Shown here: positions 1 to 12,732 of the stretch, piece by piece
How the letters are laid out: every line of letters starts with the position of its first letter
How positions within the stretch are numbered: position 1 is the stretch's first letter
NCBI GenBank assembly: GCA_044892505.1
Contig: CM097883.1
Span: 191,642,001 to 191,706,000 of the forward strand
Reading direction: 5' to 3'
DNA from: Schmidtea nova
Lineage: Eukaryota
DNA: 64,000 nt
Program-made: the position numbers and the translations under genes
Notes under the pieces: model-generated
The model's input: only the letters and a program-made list of their open reading frames with translations
What the model was told of the DNA's origin: nothing
Databases searched by the model: none

Positions 1-496
1 TATTTTAATTGTATATTGTTAACGGTTATTTCGTTTTATTTAATTTATTTGTTTCCCATTTCTCTATTTTACTTCTCCTTTATTTATTCTTTTGTTTTTA
101 ATTATCTGTTCTCTTTATTCTTATTTTACGTATGTACCAGCTCAACACTCCTTGTATAAAATTAATTCATAACACCTAACACAATAAATTCTATTAAGCT
201 TCGCCACAAAGTTACAATTGTCAATAACAGTTTTTTTAAATAATAGTTAAAACATTGTTTAAAATATTGAAGTTGTATCAATTGTTGGTACCATAGCAGT
301 ATCTAATTTTATGGTAACCAAATAATTGTTGATTTAACCAGTAGTTACCCGTCGCAAGCAACGTTGGTAATGTAATACTCGCAAAAGTGAGCGCTGTTTC
401 CAGAACTATAATTGCTCGAGTAATTTCTGTGGGTTCAAGAGCTAATGATAGAAGATAGATGCTCATTTAGATGTTCAGTACCTTTCTTCATTAATT

Positions 497-1090
497 TGAT
501 GAGGATACCTAAATAATAAATAATATTATAAATAATTGGAAAACTTGGGGGAAACCGATAGATGATTGGACAAGCAATCTGGAACTTGAGGAAGAAAACG
601 GAAAAGCAAAAAAATTGGAAATGAGGAAGGAGTAACAAAGTAAAAGAAATTAAACAAAAAAACAGAGAAAGCTCACTTATAATTTATAAGTGCAAGAAAA
701 CAGCATGGAATTCTTGAATTTGAAAAACAAAAACAAACCTGGTATCTTGACAGATGTCAAAGATAACACGCAAACTGGGAAAACCATTGAAAAGGGCCAG
801 CAACAAAAAGGGAAAAAGTAAATTTTTCTGAGTGCTAATAGCTATGAGAAATACGGGAACAATCAAGAAAATTGGAAATGCCAGCGACAGGGATGGGAGA
901 AAAAGTAAATTACCACAAGTGTCGGAGAATGGCAAGCTATGAAAAGAGAGACGACAGTTTTAGACAGAAGTTTGCCGAGAAGTTTTGGGAGAAGTTTTGA
1001 GAGGAAATTTGTGGAGAAATTTATGAAATGGTTTGGGGAGAAATGTGTGGGAAGTTTTACGGTGAGAATTTAAATTAATTGAGAAACGGA
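497..1090 (+). mobile_element. Truncated LTR, family A
   Basis: Starts TGATGAGGATACCT...CTTGGGGGAAA, collinear with the solo LTRs at 5105 and 9775; 3' part missing, right boundary approximate. Confidence 0.7.
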
Positions 1091-1379
1091 TTATTGAGAT
1101 AGTGGGTTGTTGATCGTCAATATGACCTTGACGTTGTTATGGTTCACATCAGCAACTGAAAATACAAAACATTAGGTTAACCTTCTTGTTGCCCGTTACA
1201 ATGTAACGTTGGTAATGCTACAAATGGGTGGATGTCCGCTATTATGTTATCTAAAGTCATAAAACTCGTTTTTTAAAATTTTATTATTTTATTACAATTT
1301 CTAAATTAAAACAAAATATTTGCTTTTAATTTATTTGAAATATTAATTACAAAATAATTAATATTCCGATATAACTCCT

Positions 1380-2300
1380 ATCCAAGATTCATTGCGTCTA
1401 CTGCTCGTTTTCTACACACGGCTTGAGTCTGTCAATTGAAGTTCTCTTTATAGCTCCATCCAGATTGATTATCATCGTTTTTTTGTCGGATGATTTTTCC
1501 ATAACATTATATGGTCCAGTGTACGGATTCTCGAGTATTTTTCAGAATTCGGAGCGCGGCCAAACCTTAGTACAACTTGAGAGAAGTTTATTGATGTATG
1601 TAGCTTCTTTCTGTTTTGAACACGGCGCATCCTCTTCTCCATTTTCATCTATTAGCTTCTGAATTGATTCAATATCTTTTTCGTCACATGGAATTTGTTT
1701 CATGATTACAAAATCTCCTGGAAGACTGATTGTTTGTCCAAATGTGAGTTTGGCCGCCGATGGTTTGCCACCTGATCTCTCACAGTTGCGAAGGCTTAAT
1801 AGAATCTTTGGAAGGTCTTCAGTCCATGTTCTTGAAGCATTATTTGAATGCGCTCGAATGGAGTTTTTTATTGATCTATACCATCTCTCTATTTTACAAT
1901 TTAATTAAGGTTGATATGCAGTCGTTCTGTCTTTCAGTTCCTTTTTCGACACAAAATTGTCAAAATTTCTCTGACTCAAATTGCGTTCCTTGGTCTGTAA
2001 TGACAATGTTTGGTGTACCAAATTTACTTATCCACTTCCTTTCAAAGGTTTTTAGGATCATGTCGGATGTTATATCATAGAGAGGAATTGCTTCGACCCA
2101 CGACGTTTCTCTGTCTATCATGGTTAGAATATATCGTTTATTGTTTACAACTGGAAGGGGTCCGACGATATCCAAGTGAACTGTATGAAAGCTTCATTTT
2201 ATTGGTATTTCTCCAATGAGTGTTTTGGTATGTCTAGATATTTTGGCTACTTGACATTTCTGGCATTGTCTGCACCATTTTCTTATGTCGCTCTTCATTC
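1380..2300 (-). pseudogene. Gypsy integrase (disrupted)
   Basis: DIVGPLP...LTMIDRETSWVEAIPL...FGTPNIVITDQGTQFES core; upstream WCRQCQKCQ zinc-binding cysteines; downstream IERWYRSIK; stops and frameshifts. Confidence 0.9.
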
Positions 2301-2304
2301 TTGG

Positions 2305-3065
2305 TCAGACGTAACGTTCTTTCATTAACTGTATGGTCGGTTTGGCTCCTGGGTGAGATATTCGGTGAATTTTTTCAAATTCCGGAAGTCTGTACATCTT
2401 TGGTAGAATCACTCTTGGGCTTCCCTGGGAGGTATCGGACAATATGTTGTTTTCAGTGATTGCTAGTTCAAGTTCGCCATCCTTTAATTCTTGTAGCATC
2501 TGGTCTTTGGATTGTTCTTCTATTACCTCTGAGATTGATATTCCGATTAGATGTATACTGGTTTCTTTTTGTGAGGCTTTTATTTTGGGTCTTGACAGTA
2601 GATCAGCTACCACGTTGTCGACTCCTTTTACGAATTCCCATCGGAAGTCAAATCGGCTTAGAAATTTGATGGATCTCCACAGTCCAGGTGATGGTTCTTT
2701 CATCTTCAGAACTCGGAGTAATGGTTTGTGGTCAGTCACGACAGTGAATTTTGATCCGTCTAAATAATGTTGAAAATGTTTTATTGATAAATGAACTGCC
2801 AGAAGTTCCCGGTCTTGTCTCGGCATCCGTTAATTTCTTAGAGAAGAAGACAATGGGTGTATAGTTTTCACTATTTCTCCTCTGGTTTTAAACTTGCTCC
2901 TACAGCAATGGAGGAAGCGTCTGTCTGTAATATGAACGGCAGTTTTTCATCAGGGTATTTGAGAAGTATTATGGAGTTAAGTTGTCGTTTTGCTTCTTCA
3001 AATGCATCATTGTGGACCTTCAACCACAGATAGTTCTTTTTATCTTTAATCGATGATGATACCAA
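2305..3065 (-). pseudogene. Gypsy RNase H / linker (frameshifted)
   Basis: LQTDASSIAVGA, DRELLAVHLSIKHF, VVTDHKPL, NVVADLLSR motifs in ORFs 2871-3065 and 2305-2826. Confidence 0.92.
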
Positions 3066-3151
3066 TTGATGTAGGGAAGATAGGATAGATGATAGATGTG
3101 GTATTTGCCAATGATAGTATCCTATATTCCTGATGAAGCGTCTGAGCTCCT

Positions 3152-3980
3152 TTAAGTTGTCGGGTGTTTTATACTCATGATAATATCAACCCTCTGTTGT
3201 GTTGGCCTGATTCCTGATGCCGATATATTAAATCCTAAGAAATTGACATTTGTTTTCTCCCATTCACATTTGTCTTTATTGATTTTCAGGCCAGCTGCGA
3301 TTAGTGTTTGAATCACGCTCTTTACGTTGTCACGATGTTCCTCCACATTGTTCGAGAATAACAGCACATCATCAAGGTAATTGAGGCAATAACGCCTCGT
3401 CTTGGACAGTGTATCGTCCATGTATCGCTGAAACACCTGTGATGCATTCCTAAGGCCGAACGGCATCTTTACATACTCGAATAGGCCAAAAGGCGTGATC
3501 ACCGCTGTCTTCGAGGTATCCATGGGATGGATTGGGATTTGGTGGTATGCCTTCTTCAGATCTAGTTTCGTGAAATATTTGCTGCCAGATATTCTGTCTA
3601 AAATATCATTAATTCTAGGTAATGGATATTTATCTGCTTTCGTAATTTCATTCAAGAGTCGGTTCTCCACAAGGCCTCCAAGTGCCATCTCCTTTTTTTA
3701 CTACAAATAGTGGTGAAACCCAATAGCCTTTGCTGTGGCGTATGATCCTCGCCGCCAAAAGTCTGTCAAATTCTTCCTTAGTGGCTTTGAGTTTTCGTTG
3801 ACGTTGGGCTACTGGAATTCCGGAGATGTTAATACGAAGATTTGTTTTTGGTTTAATAATGTTTTGCTCGGAACTCTCGGATTCCGCTATCATGTCTCGG
3901 TAGAAATGAATGTTTGATACACGTATTGTCTTGCTTGTACTTCGTTGGATTTTGATTTGAATATTGTTCTGGTACTGCAA
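3152..3980 (-). pseudogene. Gypsy reverse transcriptase (frameshifted)
   Basis: SPLFVVKKGDGTWRPCG, YPLPRI, KLDLKKAYHQIP, TPFGLFEYVKMPFGLRNA and YLDD catalytic motif. Confidence 0.95.
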
Positions 3981-3989
3981 TCTACATTT

Positions 3990-5040
3990 ATTCTAAAGTG
4001 CGATAGAAAATCAGCGCCTATTATTGGCCTTGTGACGCTTGCTACGGCAAACATCCATTTAAATTTGTTACTGAAACCATCAATTGTGAAATGTAACGTT
4101 TTCTCACCATTACACTGTATCGGAGTGTTGTTGGCAGAAACTAAACATCGATTGGTGTTGCATTTACTGTCGGCCTCAAATGAAGACATTGGTATTACAC
4201 TAATGTCAGCTCCAGTGTCAATAAGAAAGTCAATGAATCGGTCCTTAAGTTTTGCTTAGATATTAAAAATATTTGAGTTGGTGCCTGAGTGTGTTGATAC
4301 TATTCGGTAGGTTTTGTTCCTCAGGCTTAATGAAACCTCTTCCCATTTCCCAGGTCCTGATTGAATGTTTTATTGGTCCAACGACAGGGCCGCTGATATT
4401 TCCTTGCTCGCTCTCTAAACGTCTTGTGATAGAAGCACAGTTTGCTTGATTCTGGTTTGCTGATTGCTCGTCTGAGTGCATTCAGTTCTTCACACCACAT
4501 GGAAATCTCGCTGAAATTTTTTTGTCTTCTTCTGTTACGGCTGTTATGTTGTTTCTCTGACTAGTACATTTATTGAAGGCTATGATTTTGTTGGCAAACA
4601 TGGCTAAAGAGTGAAGATTGTTCTCTGGTTGAGATAATAGAGAGGATTCTATATCCTTTGGTAGAATTCTCAAGAGTATTTTATGAGCCATTGTGCCATT
4701 GGGATCAATCGTATGGTCAAAGAGCTGAAGATATCTTTGGATTTGATGTAGGGCCTCCGTTGGCATTCTATCTCTCATTAATTGTTCCATCAATTTGACT
4801 TGCGTGTAGTCATCAATGATAGCTGCTTTGAAATTGCTGTATGCCAGAGGGTTATTGCCATCTAGCAAATGTTGAAATTTTGAGAGTGTTTCGGATGGCA
4901 GGTTGCATATGAAGTGGAAATATTTAGTGGCCTCCTCTGAGATTCTTGATTATTGAAAACTGGCATTGACTAGAGCAAACTATAGATTCCAATTGGCGAA
5001 GGGTGCTGGAATCTTGACAGAAACATTTGCGAGTTGAAGG
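3990..5040 (-). pseudogene. Gypsy gag and aspartic protease (disrupted)
   Basis: FLIDTGADISVIP (~4190-4230) and PIIGADFLSHF protease motifs; gag-like VKIPAPF...KYFHFICNLP...AYSNFKAAII. Confidence 0.85.
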
Positions 5041-5052
5041 CTGCTGACACCA
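5041..5052 (-). promoter_or_regulatory. Primer-binding site (tRNA-Leu-like)
   Basis: TGGTGTCAGCAG immediately inside the 5' LTR; tRNA identity inferred. Confidence 0.65.
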
Positions 5053-5104
5053 TTTATTATGTTATCTAAAGTCATAAAACTCGTTTTTTAAAATTTTTTA
5101 TTTT

Positions 5105-6071
5105 TGTTTAGGATACCTAAAATACAAAATAATATAAAAATAATAAAATTACCTGGGGGAAAAACAGTCATGACGAAGGAGACGGTCAATGGGAACACAA
5201 GAAGGAAAACGGAAATAAAAAGAAATGAGAAAGAGGAATCAGACAAAAGAAATCAGATAAGAAAACAAAGACAAAGGTGCAAAAACAAAGACAAAAGAGA
5301 AAGGAATTCGAAAATAGGAAAAAAACAAAATAATAACAATAATCTTATCTCGACAGCTTGTCGAAGAAATAAAACAGCCTGGAGCGGCAAAAAGGAAAAT
5401 CATAAATTATCTTGACATTGTCATAGATAAAACGGGAATTGGGAGAAAAAAACGAGATGACCGGAGTCAAAATGAAAAAGGCAGAATTATGTCAAGTGCC
5501 ATAAAATTTGACGAGATATAAAAGGAGAGACACATCAGAAGCAGTCAGGATATTGGAGAACAGAATTGTAGAAAGAAGTTTAGACAGAATTTTAGAGAGA
5601 AGTTAGAGAGCGGAGCATTGGGAACCAAAGTTGTGAAACAGAATAATTGAATTAGAAGTTGTGAGAGACAAAGCAGGAGAAGAATTTATTAAATTAGAAG
5701 GGAAGAGAAATTTACAGAAACCCGAAGCAAAACTTAAAAGGAACTTAAAGAGAAAAAAAGAGATTACCCACAGAAGCTGATCCAGTTGATAATCGAATGA
5801 AATTCAGCGTAAATCCAAGTCAAATAAAGAAAACAACCAGTCAAATTACCAATTGTTGTATCCATCAGTGGTGAGTGATTGTTCGATCCAAGACATTATA
5901 CAGAAAGATTTATTGAATTGATTGTGATAACTTGAATCGTGTAAATCAGTGTAATAATCAAAAAAGTTTTTGTTATTGAAAATGTTATTGGGGTCAAATA
6001 TAATCACGTTTTGGAGTCAGATATTTGATTGGTAACTTTTATCATTTCACCAACAACCCCAAAACCCAACA
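5105..6071 (+). mobile_element. Solo LTR, family A, inserted in the 5' LTR of the Gypsy element
   Basis: TG...CCCAACA termini, TTTT target duplication; removing it restores the host LTR seen intact at 1240-1372. Confidence 0.88.
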
Positions 6072-6685
6072 TTTTATTACAATTTCTAAATTAAAACAAA
6101 ATATTTGTTTGTAATTTATATGAAATATTAATTACAAGATAATTAATATTCCAATATCTGCAAACAGTGAGCGTCGAAAATTCGAAACTATGATTGACCG
6201 AACATCACAATGGGTCCAAGAGCTACCGATAGAAGGCTTAATGCCCATTTGAATTTCTTTACATGATTTATCATACAAATTACTTTAATCATTCTTATGT
6301 AAAGTCGTCATCGGAGTACCGGGATCGATTTTAATTAGATTCATATATTTATTGTTAGTTACTTTTATTATAATAACTAATAATAAGGAAAATTAATTTA
6401 TACACAAAGAAATTATAATTCACAATACACTTGATACAAATCGAATTACACAATGAATAATGTACTGAAACACACAAAAAATTCGTCACATTCTATCACA
6501 AATTGTTTTATAGTATAGTGAGGTCGATCGATTCGATACTCGCTTTTCAGATCTGCCCCTTAATCTCGTCTACTGAGATTTTGATCATCATATTGTTATA
6601 TTCTTTTATCTCAGTTGAACTGATTATTCCTATGATTGTTGGAAAGACTGCTGACATCATTAACTTGTTTTGTGAACTATCGAAT

Positions 6686-7450
6686 TGTTGTGTTATTAAT
6701 TTGAGTCGGTCTAGTTTCTGACTCCTCTTGCTCCTTTACTAGCGATATAACTGAGACCCAACACAATAAATTTTATTTATTAAAATCTGACAATTCACAA
6801 CAACTAAAATCAGTACAATCTTTATTGTTTCTACACTCTTTCTAAGCGATAGAGGTAGGTCCACCACAAGTAGATTGCCCTTTCTAATACGCTTGATTGG
6901 CTAATGTTACTGTACGATAATCTCCTTTCCACTTACTTAATCTTTAAAACTACTGAAAATTCACTTCAACCAAACTGGCAATTTTCTGTTTTTTACCGCT
7001 TTTATAGTTTACCAATTTGTTAACAAATTGGTTATGTTTTCAAACTTGCGGTCATATTCGATTATGATTTTCCGTAATTGGAATTTTGCTAATCATAATT
7101 TGCTCTAATTTGATTTCTTTGATCTGCGCTTTTGTTAATTCGATTTCCTCTCAGGTTTCCTTTTGCCCGGACCTTTCATGCACTCGGGCTTCCTCTTGAC
7201 TCGGGTTTTCTACATAGCTAATAAATTATTCATAAATTTTTAATTAATTTCTATTTACTGAATATCTTTTTTTCTGGGGACCCCCATTGATATTTTATTA
7301 CCATATTCGGACTCATCTTTCTGTTTGCCATCCGTACATCTCAATTTCCCCCGTTAAATCTTTATTTTTAATTTTTCAAATTTTTAATTAATTTTTTAGT
7401 ATTTAATTATTAGTTGTAAATTTAACGTTTTTCAGCCTTTTTATTTATTT
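6686..7450 (-). mobile_element. Diverged LTR, family B-like
   Basis: Reverse complement ends GGAGTCAG...CCGACTC...ATTAATAACACAACA, like the end of the LTR at 8063-8752. Confidence 0.7.
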
Positions 7451-7452
7451 TC

Positions 7453-8505
7453 TCCTCCAAATAGCTTCTAGTTGTTTGAAAAATTCTGTTTAATCTTGAA
7501 ATTTATCTTCGACCACTTTAGCCTCGAGAAATTAACTTCGACCAACTAGCCATATCGGCAATTTGCTCTCAGTTTATATACTACTTTTTGTTGTCATCTT
7601 GTCGGCCAAATTGGATCTATCGAAAAGTAAAATAATTAAATTTGTTTGACCGCCGCCTAATTGAGTTTCGCTGCTAATGGGTTTTCGGCTCTTCCCGGGG
7701 CATCCCTGCTCATTCAATTTATTGCGATAATTAAATGATTTTGTTGATGCCCTGGGTTTCCCACATCTCTCGGGTTTCCCATTAGACGATTAATTATTTT
7801 TAATTAATTTGTATTTTCTTAATTTATCTTTCTGGGGTCCCTTTTCAATTTTATATACCCATATTTGAATTCGTCAAATACCAGTTTCCCCCGTTGAATC
7901 TTTATTTTTGAATTTTATAAATTTTAATTATTGTTTGCACTTCAATTATTTTTTCCCAATTTTCGTATTTTTATCGATTTGCACATAGGTTTTTTGCTTT
8001 TTAATATTTTATTTCAAGCCTGTTCAGCAAAGAAATTTAAGATGAAATTTAAAGTATCATTCTGTTAGGGTTAGTCTGAAGTGGTTCAAGTAAAATGGGT
8101 ATATAAAATTGAAAAGGGACCCCAGAAAGATAAATTAAGAAAATACAAATTAATTAAAAATAATTAATCGTCTAATGGGAAACCCGAGAGATGTGGGAAA
8201 CCCAGGGCATCAACAAAATCATTTAATTATCGCAATAAATTGAATGAGCAGGGATGCCCCGGGAAATAGCCGAAAACCCATTAGCAGCGAAACTCAATTA
8301 GGCGGCGGTCAAACAAATTTAATTATTTTACTTTTCGATAGATCCAATTTGGCCGACAGGATGACAACAAAAAGTAGTATATAAACTGAGAGCAAATTGC
8401 CGATATGGCTAGTTGGTCGAAGTTAATTTCTCGAGGCTAAAGTGGTCGAAGATAAATTTCAAGATTAAACAGAATTTTTCAAACAACTAGAAGCTATTTG
8501 GAGGA
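7453..8505. repeat. ~410-bp near-perfect inverted repeat of LTR-B sequence
   Basis: 7453-7862 is the reverse complement of ~8095-8505 with only a few mismatches; ~230-bp spacer. Confidence 0.92.
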
Positions 8506-8752
8506 AGCGTGTAGAGAAACCAAAGGTAGAAGTTGAATTTAATCTTCTTGCGTGCCAGAGTTGGAGATATCCCATTGGGTGTTCTACCTTCACGCGGAAG
8601 AGTGCAGAGCATTAGTAACTTTCTGTGATAAAAAGTGTTGTTGTTCATTTGAAAAATAATATAAAAGTTATTGTGTTGGGTTTCATTTGTTTTCGTGATT
8701 GAAAGAGAACACAGGAGTCAGATATTACCGACTACTCATTAATAACCCAGCA
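8063..8752 (+). mobile_element. 5' LTR (family B) of a gag-only element
   Basis: TGTTAGGG...CCCAGCA termini, followed by TGGTGAGCCGACGTG (tRNA-Trp-like PBS, 8757-8771) and a gag ORF. Confidence 0.85.
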
Positions 8753-9173
8753 TATTTGGTGAGCCGACGTGTTCAAAGTTGGTGAAGCTTTTCCAAAAAA
8801 AAATTATATATTTATTGTCGAAAAGAAATTGAAAGTTGCAGTAAAATTCCAACGAATCTGAGTCGGTGAAAGTTATTTAAAATTATTTGTGAAATTTAAA
8901 AATTTTTGAAATTGTGAAATTGATTAAAAGTGGGTTACATATTGTTGAAAATTGAAAATTTATTTATCGAGAAATATTTTAAAAATTCCGACGTGAGCAG
9001 AGTCAGTAAATTGAATCAAAAAATTGATAAACGGTTGTTGGAAATTTGTGGAAAAACTTTTATTGTCAAAAATTAAAATAAAAGGTAACATTTTATAATT
9101 GATATATTAAAATTTAGAAGAGTGAAAGTTATACCAAACCAACCATTTTAAAAATTAAGAAGCCATAAACCAA

Positions 9174-11666
9174 ATGAACAATTCAAACGGTCATGATGAT
9201 ACACTCATGGCCACGAGCAACACCGGAAATAGAAATGACTATGCGAGTTGCCAAAAGCTGCCAGTAAACCAATATGGAGGCGATCCAGTGGAGTTTGTTG
9301 ACTTTATGGAGGACTATTATATATACGCCACAGCCTATGGACGGAGCCAAGCGATAATTCTACAAAGACTGTCACTATATTTAAAAGGAGTTGCCAGAAG
9401 AGCATGGCAACAGATAGATATAATGAGAATTGGAAATGATTGGAAGAAATTAAATGATGTTTTGGAACATAAGTTGGTATGTAAAGAAGTTTACAGTATT
9501 ATGAGAAGTAACTTTTATAAAAGAATACAAAGATGTGATGAATCAGTTATTGTCTTTGGGTATGCTTTAATTTCTTTAGCTAAAAAGGCATTTAGATCTA
9601 CTTCAGTTTATGATGTAAATGTTCAAAATCTTATTATTGATCAGTTTTTGGAGGATATTAATGATGATTTAAAAAGAGCATCTTGTGTAATTGATTATGA
9701 TGACATATATGACTTAATGCATAAAACCTTAAAGGTTGAATTAAAAATGGCTGCTTATAATACATCCATAAATATGTTGAGGATACCTTAATTCAAAATA
9801 ATATAATAAATAAGCAAAATTACTTGGGGGAAAATTGTCATGGGGAATGACACGATTGATTGGAGCCTGGGAAAGAAAACGGAAGTAAAAAGGAATGAGA
9901 AATGAGAAGGGGAAACAAAAGAAAAGAAATCAGACAAGCAAAACGAAATAGAGGTCAGCACTAATTAACTAGTGCAAATAGGAAGAAATTCTAAAGTTGG
10001 GAAAAACAAAAACAACAACAAGAATTTTATCTTGACAACCGGTCAGGGATAAGGTGGGCAAAAAGCAAACAAGCCGAAGCGGCAAAAAGGAGAAAAACAG
10101 AGGTTATCTTGACAGCTGTCAAAGATAACTCCGTTGCTGAGAAAATGAATGGAAAATCATGTTGGAAAAATGTAACAACAGCTGATAATTTTAAGTGCTA
10201 CAAAGTGAAGAAGTATAAAAGGAGGAAGCATCTCAGAAGAAAAAACACAACATTGTATACAGAAGTAGTTAGAGAAACATTGTAGACAGAATATTTGAGA
10301 GAACATATTTTGCGGAGAATATTTGCGTTTAAAGACTAAAGTCAGAGGAAAACAGGAGAAATTTGAAGCAGAAAAACGTCCATAGAAAGTTAAAGAAGAG
10401 TCAAAAGGAGAATCCAACAATCGAAACCAGAAACTAAGGGATAAGCAGCAGGAGCTTATTCAAGAGTTTGAGAAAATAAAGCTAGTAAAATTCAGCGGGT
10501 AAACCCAAGTCAAATAAGAAAATAACCAGCTAAATTACCAATTGTTATACTCCCCAGCAGTGAGTGATTTCGAATATCGATTATACACTAGTGCTATTCT
10601 TCACTATAGTGTCGTAATAAGCACTGTATAATCAGCTGTAGTTTGAATTTGGTCAGTTCATTGTAAATCGAAGTTATTTGTGATAATCAATAAAATTGTC
10701 CTGCTGTCAGTTGTTATTGTGGGTCAATAAAAAGCACGTTTTGGAGTCAGGGTAATAATTTGTTAATTATAAAGTCACCAACGACCCAATAACCCAACAA
10801 ATAATAATCGATGTGTTAAACAAAAAATTAAACATTGTAATTTTAGACCTAAATGTAATGGTGCAAATATGAAAATGTGTGACAGTAAAAAAAATGCTGT
10901 TAATGACTCAAGTTCTTTAGAACCTTTTAATATTGAAATAAATGCTTGTTTAGGTAATGAGTTTCGTTATGGTCAAGAAAGTAAATCAATAATTAATAAT
11001 TGTAATTTAAATTATGAAAGGATTGAAAATGAGTCTTGGTTAGAGGATACAGTTGTTGAATTTAAAGGTGTTGATAGTTCTTTGGAATATGTTGTTCAAG
11101 GTATTTCAGAAATTGAAAATAATGTTGAGAATAAAATATGTTATAATGAGATAAATGAAGATTTTTATTATTTTAGTAATTGCTGTGTTATTAGCCAACT
11201 CTTTTTAGTGAAGGAAGATGAAAGTTTAGATGACGATCTTAATCAATTTATTTCAATAATACCTAATCTTGAAACATTTAATGGTCATTCATTCATAGTT
11301 GTCAACGAAGTTATACCCTGTCAGTTCATTACTTTTACAGAATGTGCTGTCTCCTTGAATTTGCTAAAATCTAAAATTGATGTTGTGCCAATGACCAAAA
11401 ACAACAAAATTACTTATAACATTGAAGATGTAGTTACAAAGAACCAAGATGAATATGATTATAAAGTGTCCAGAAGACTTTCTGTAAAAAATGATATCAT
11501 ATTTAAAAATAAATATATTATTTATGTTATGCTAAAATTGATATGGGCACGATTAAGCTTTTATGAAAATAAAGATATAGAGGAAAGAATCATAAGTATT
11601 AAAGATTATATTCTTCTTCCTACTTCCTACTTCTTTCTACTTCCTACATCGCCATTATATATTTGA
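9174..11666 (+). pseudogene. Gypsy-type Gag/capsid ORF (487 aa reconstructed) interrupted by a solo LTR
   Basis: QYGGDPVEFVDFMEDY...YLKGVARRAW...RIQRCDESV...IIDQFL capsid pattern; 9174-9774 joins in frame to 10804-11666 after removing the LTR and one AATA copy. Confidence 0.85.
9775..10799 (+). mobile_element. Solo LTR, family A
   Basis: TGTTG...CCCAACA termini with exact AATA target duplication (9771-9774 / 10800-10803). Confidence 0.92.
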
Positions 11667-11899
11667 ATTATGGAAACAACATTGGATGTGATGGAGAATT
11701 AAACGTTAAATGTGAGTGTGTATGTATATATGTATATTTTTAATAACAAAAGGTAAAGGCTTAAGACAGTGTTGAATATTAGGCATCAATTTTTAAAAGT
11801 ACTTATAGTTAATTCTTTCATGAAGAAGGTTTTAATAATTTTAAAATTTAAATATTTGACGTTTTTCACTATTTATGGTTATTAGAAAAAGGTTACATG

Positions 11900-12660
11900 G
11901 GAGAAATTAGTAATTTATTATTGGTAGTATAAATCTGAACATATTTTATGTGAACAAACATTTTGGTGCTCCGCACTTTTCAAAGGTACAAAGGTTTTAG
12001 TCATTTGAAGGGTCAAAATAAAAAATTGTCCGAAGCAAATTTTAATACAATACCTAAAATGTACTTGGAAAGCAGATTGCGAAAAAACCGCCAAATTATC
12101 TTTTAAATTCAAGGGTTTCCAATGGTAGCGATTTTGAAGTTTTTTGAAGATACAGGGGTAAAATAACTATCTCAACAAACTTTTCATATTTTGTAGAGAA
12201 TGATGAGCTGAACAAAATTGTCCTTAGAATTAGGGTCGTATCTTGCCAAGTTTCGAAGATACAAGGGGTCAAAACCTTGTCCAAAAATTTTATTTTTTGA
12301 TATATTGTAGAGAAAAATGAGACAAACAAAATTGACTAAAGAACTAGTATCATCTATGTTTAGGATAAAAAGTTAGGAAGGGTCAAAACCTTCAAATCTT
12401 CAAAAAATTCATTTATTTGAAACAAAATTAAGGAAATTGAAAGTTGTTTCGGTGTATTATTATCTCTTTAGTGATTATATTGTAAATTTAGCATTTATTT
12501 GGACATTTAAAACTGTAAACGTTTACAATCTTGAAATTCAAAAGATAAATGAAATTTTTATATGTTTTGAAAATGACAATTTATATTTTTAGTGATGACA
12601 ATAGAATTCGCGAGCAAAATGTGATGCAAAATCTTTGAAAATAACTCTGTGGATCCAACA
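11900..12660. repeat. Probable non-autonomous DNA-transposon remnant with internal sub-repeats
   Basis: Recurring GAAGGGTCAAAA / GATACAAGGGGTCAAAA and ATTGTAGAGAA..ATGAG..AACAAAATTG motifs; no termini identified. Confidence 0.35.
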
Positions 12661-12732
12661 ACACAAAGGAAGATGCTAATACGGTAGTGTAAATCGATTA
12701 AACCAATTTCGAGGACGAAATTTCTTTAAATG

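Larger units (their letters stand above)
1240..6157 (-). mobile_element. Degraded Ty3/Gypsy LTR retrotransposon (CsRn1/Kabuki-like)
   Basis: Short AT-rich direct repeats at 1240-1372 and 5055-5104+6072-6157; PBS-like TGGTGTCAGCAG; purine tract next to 3' LTR; domain order gag-PR-RT-RNaseH-IN; possible degenerate TSD CCGC/CTGC. Clade call is from motif resemblance only. Confidence 0.92.

Noticed and set aside
1-147. Possible start of another minus-strand LTR (TGTTGAG...)
   Set aside because: Too short and cut by the window edge to confirm
1423-4259. Plus-strand ORFs over the Gypsy element
   Set aside because: Antisense shadows of pol
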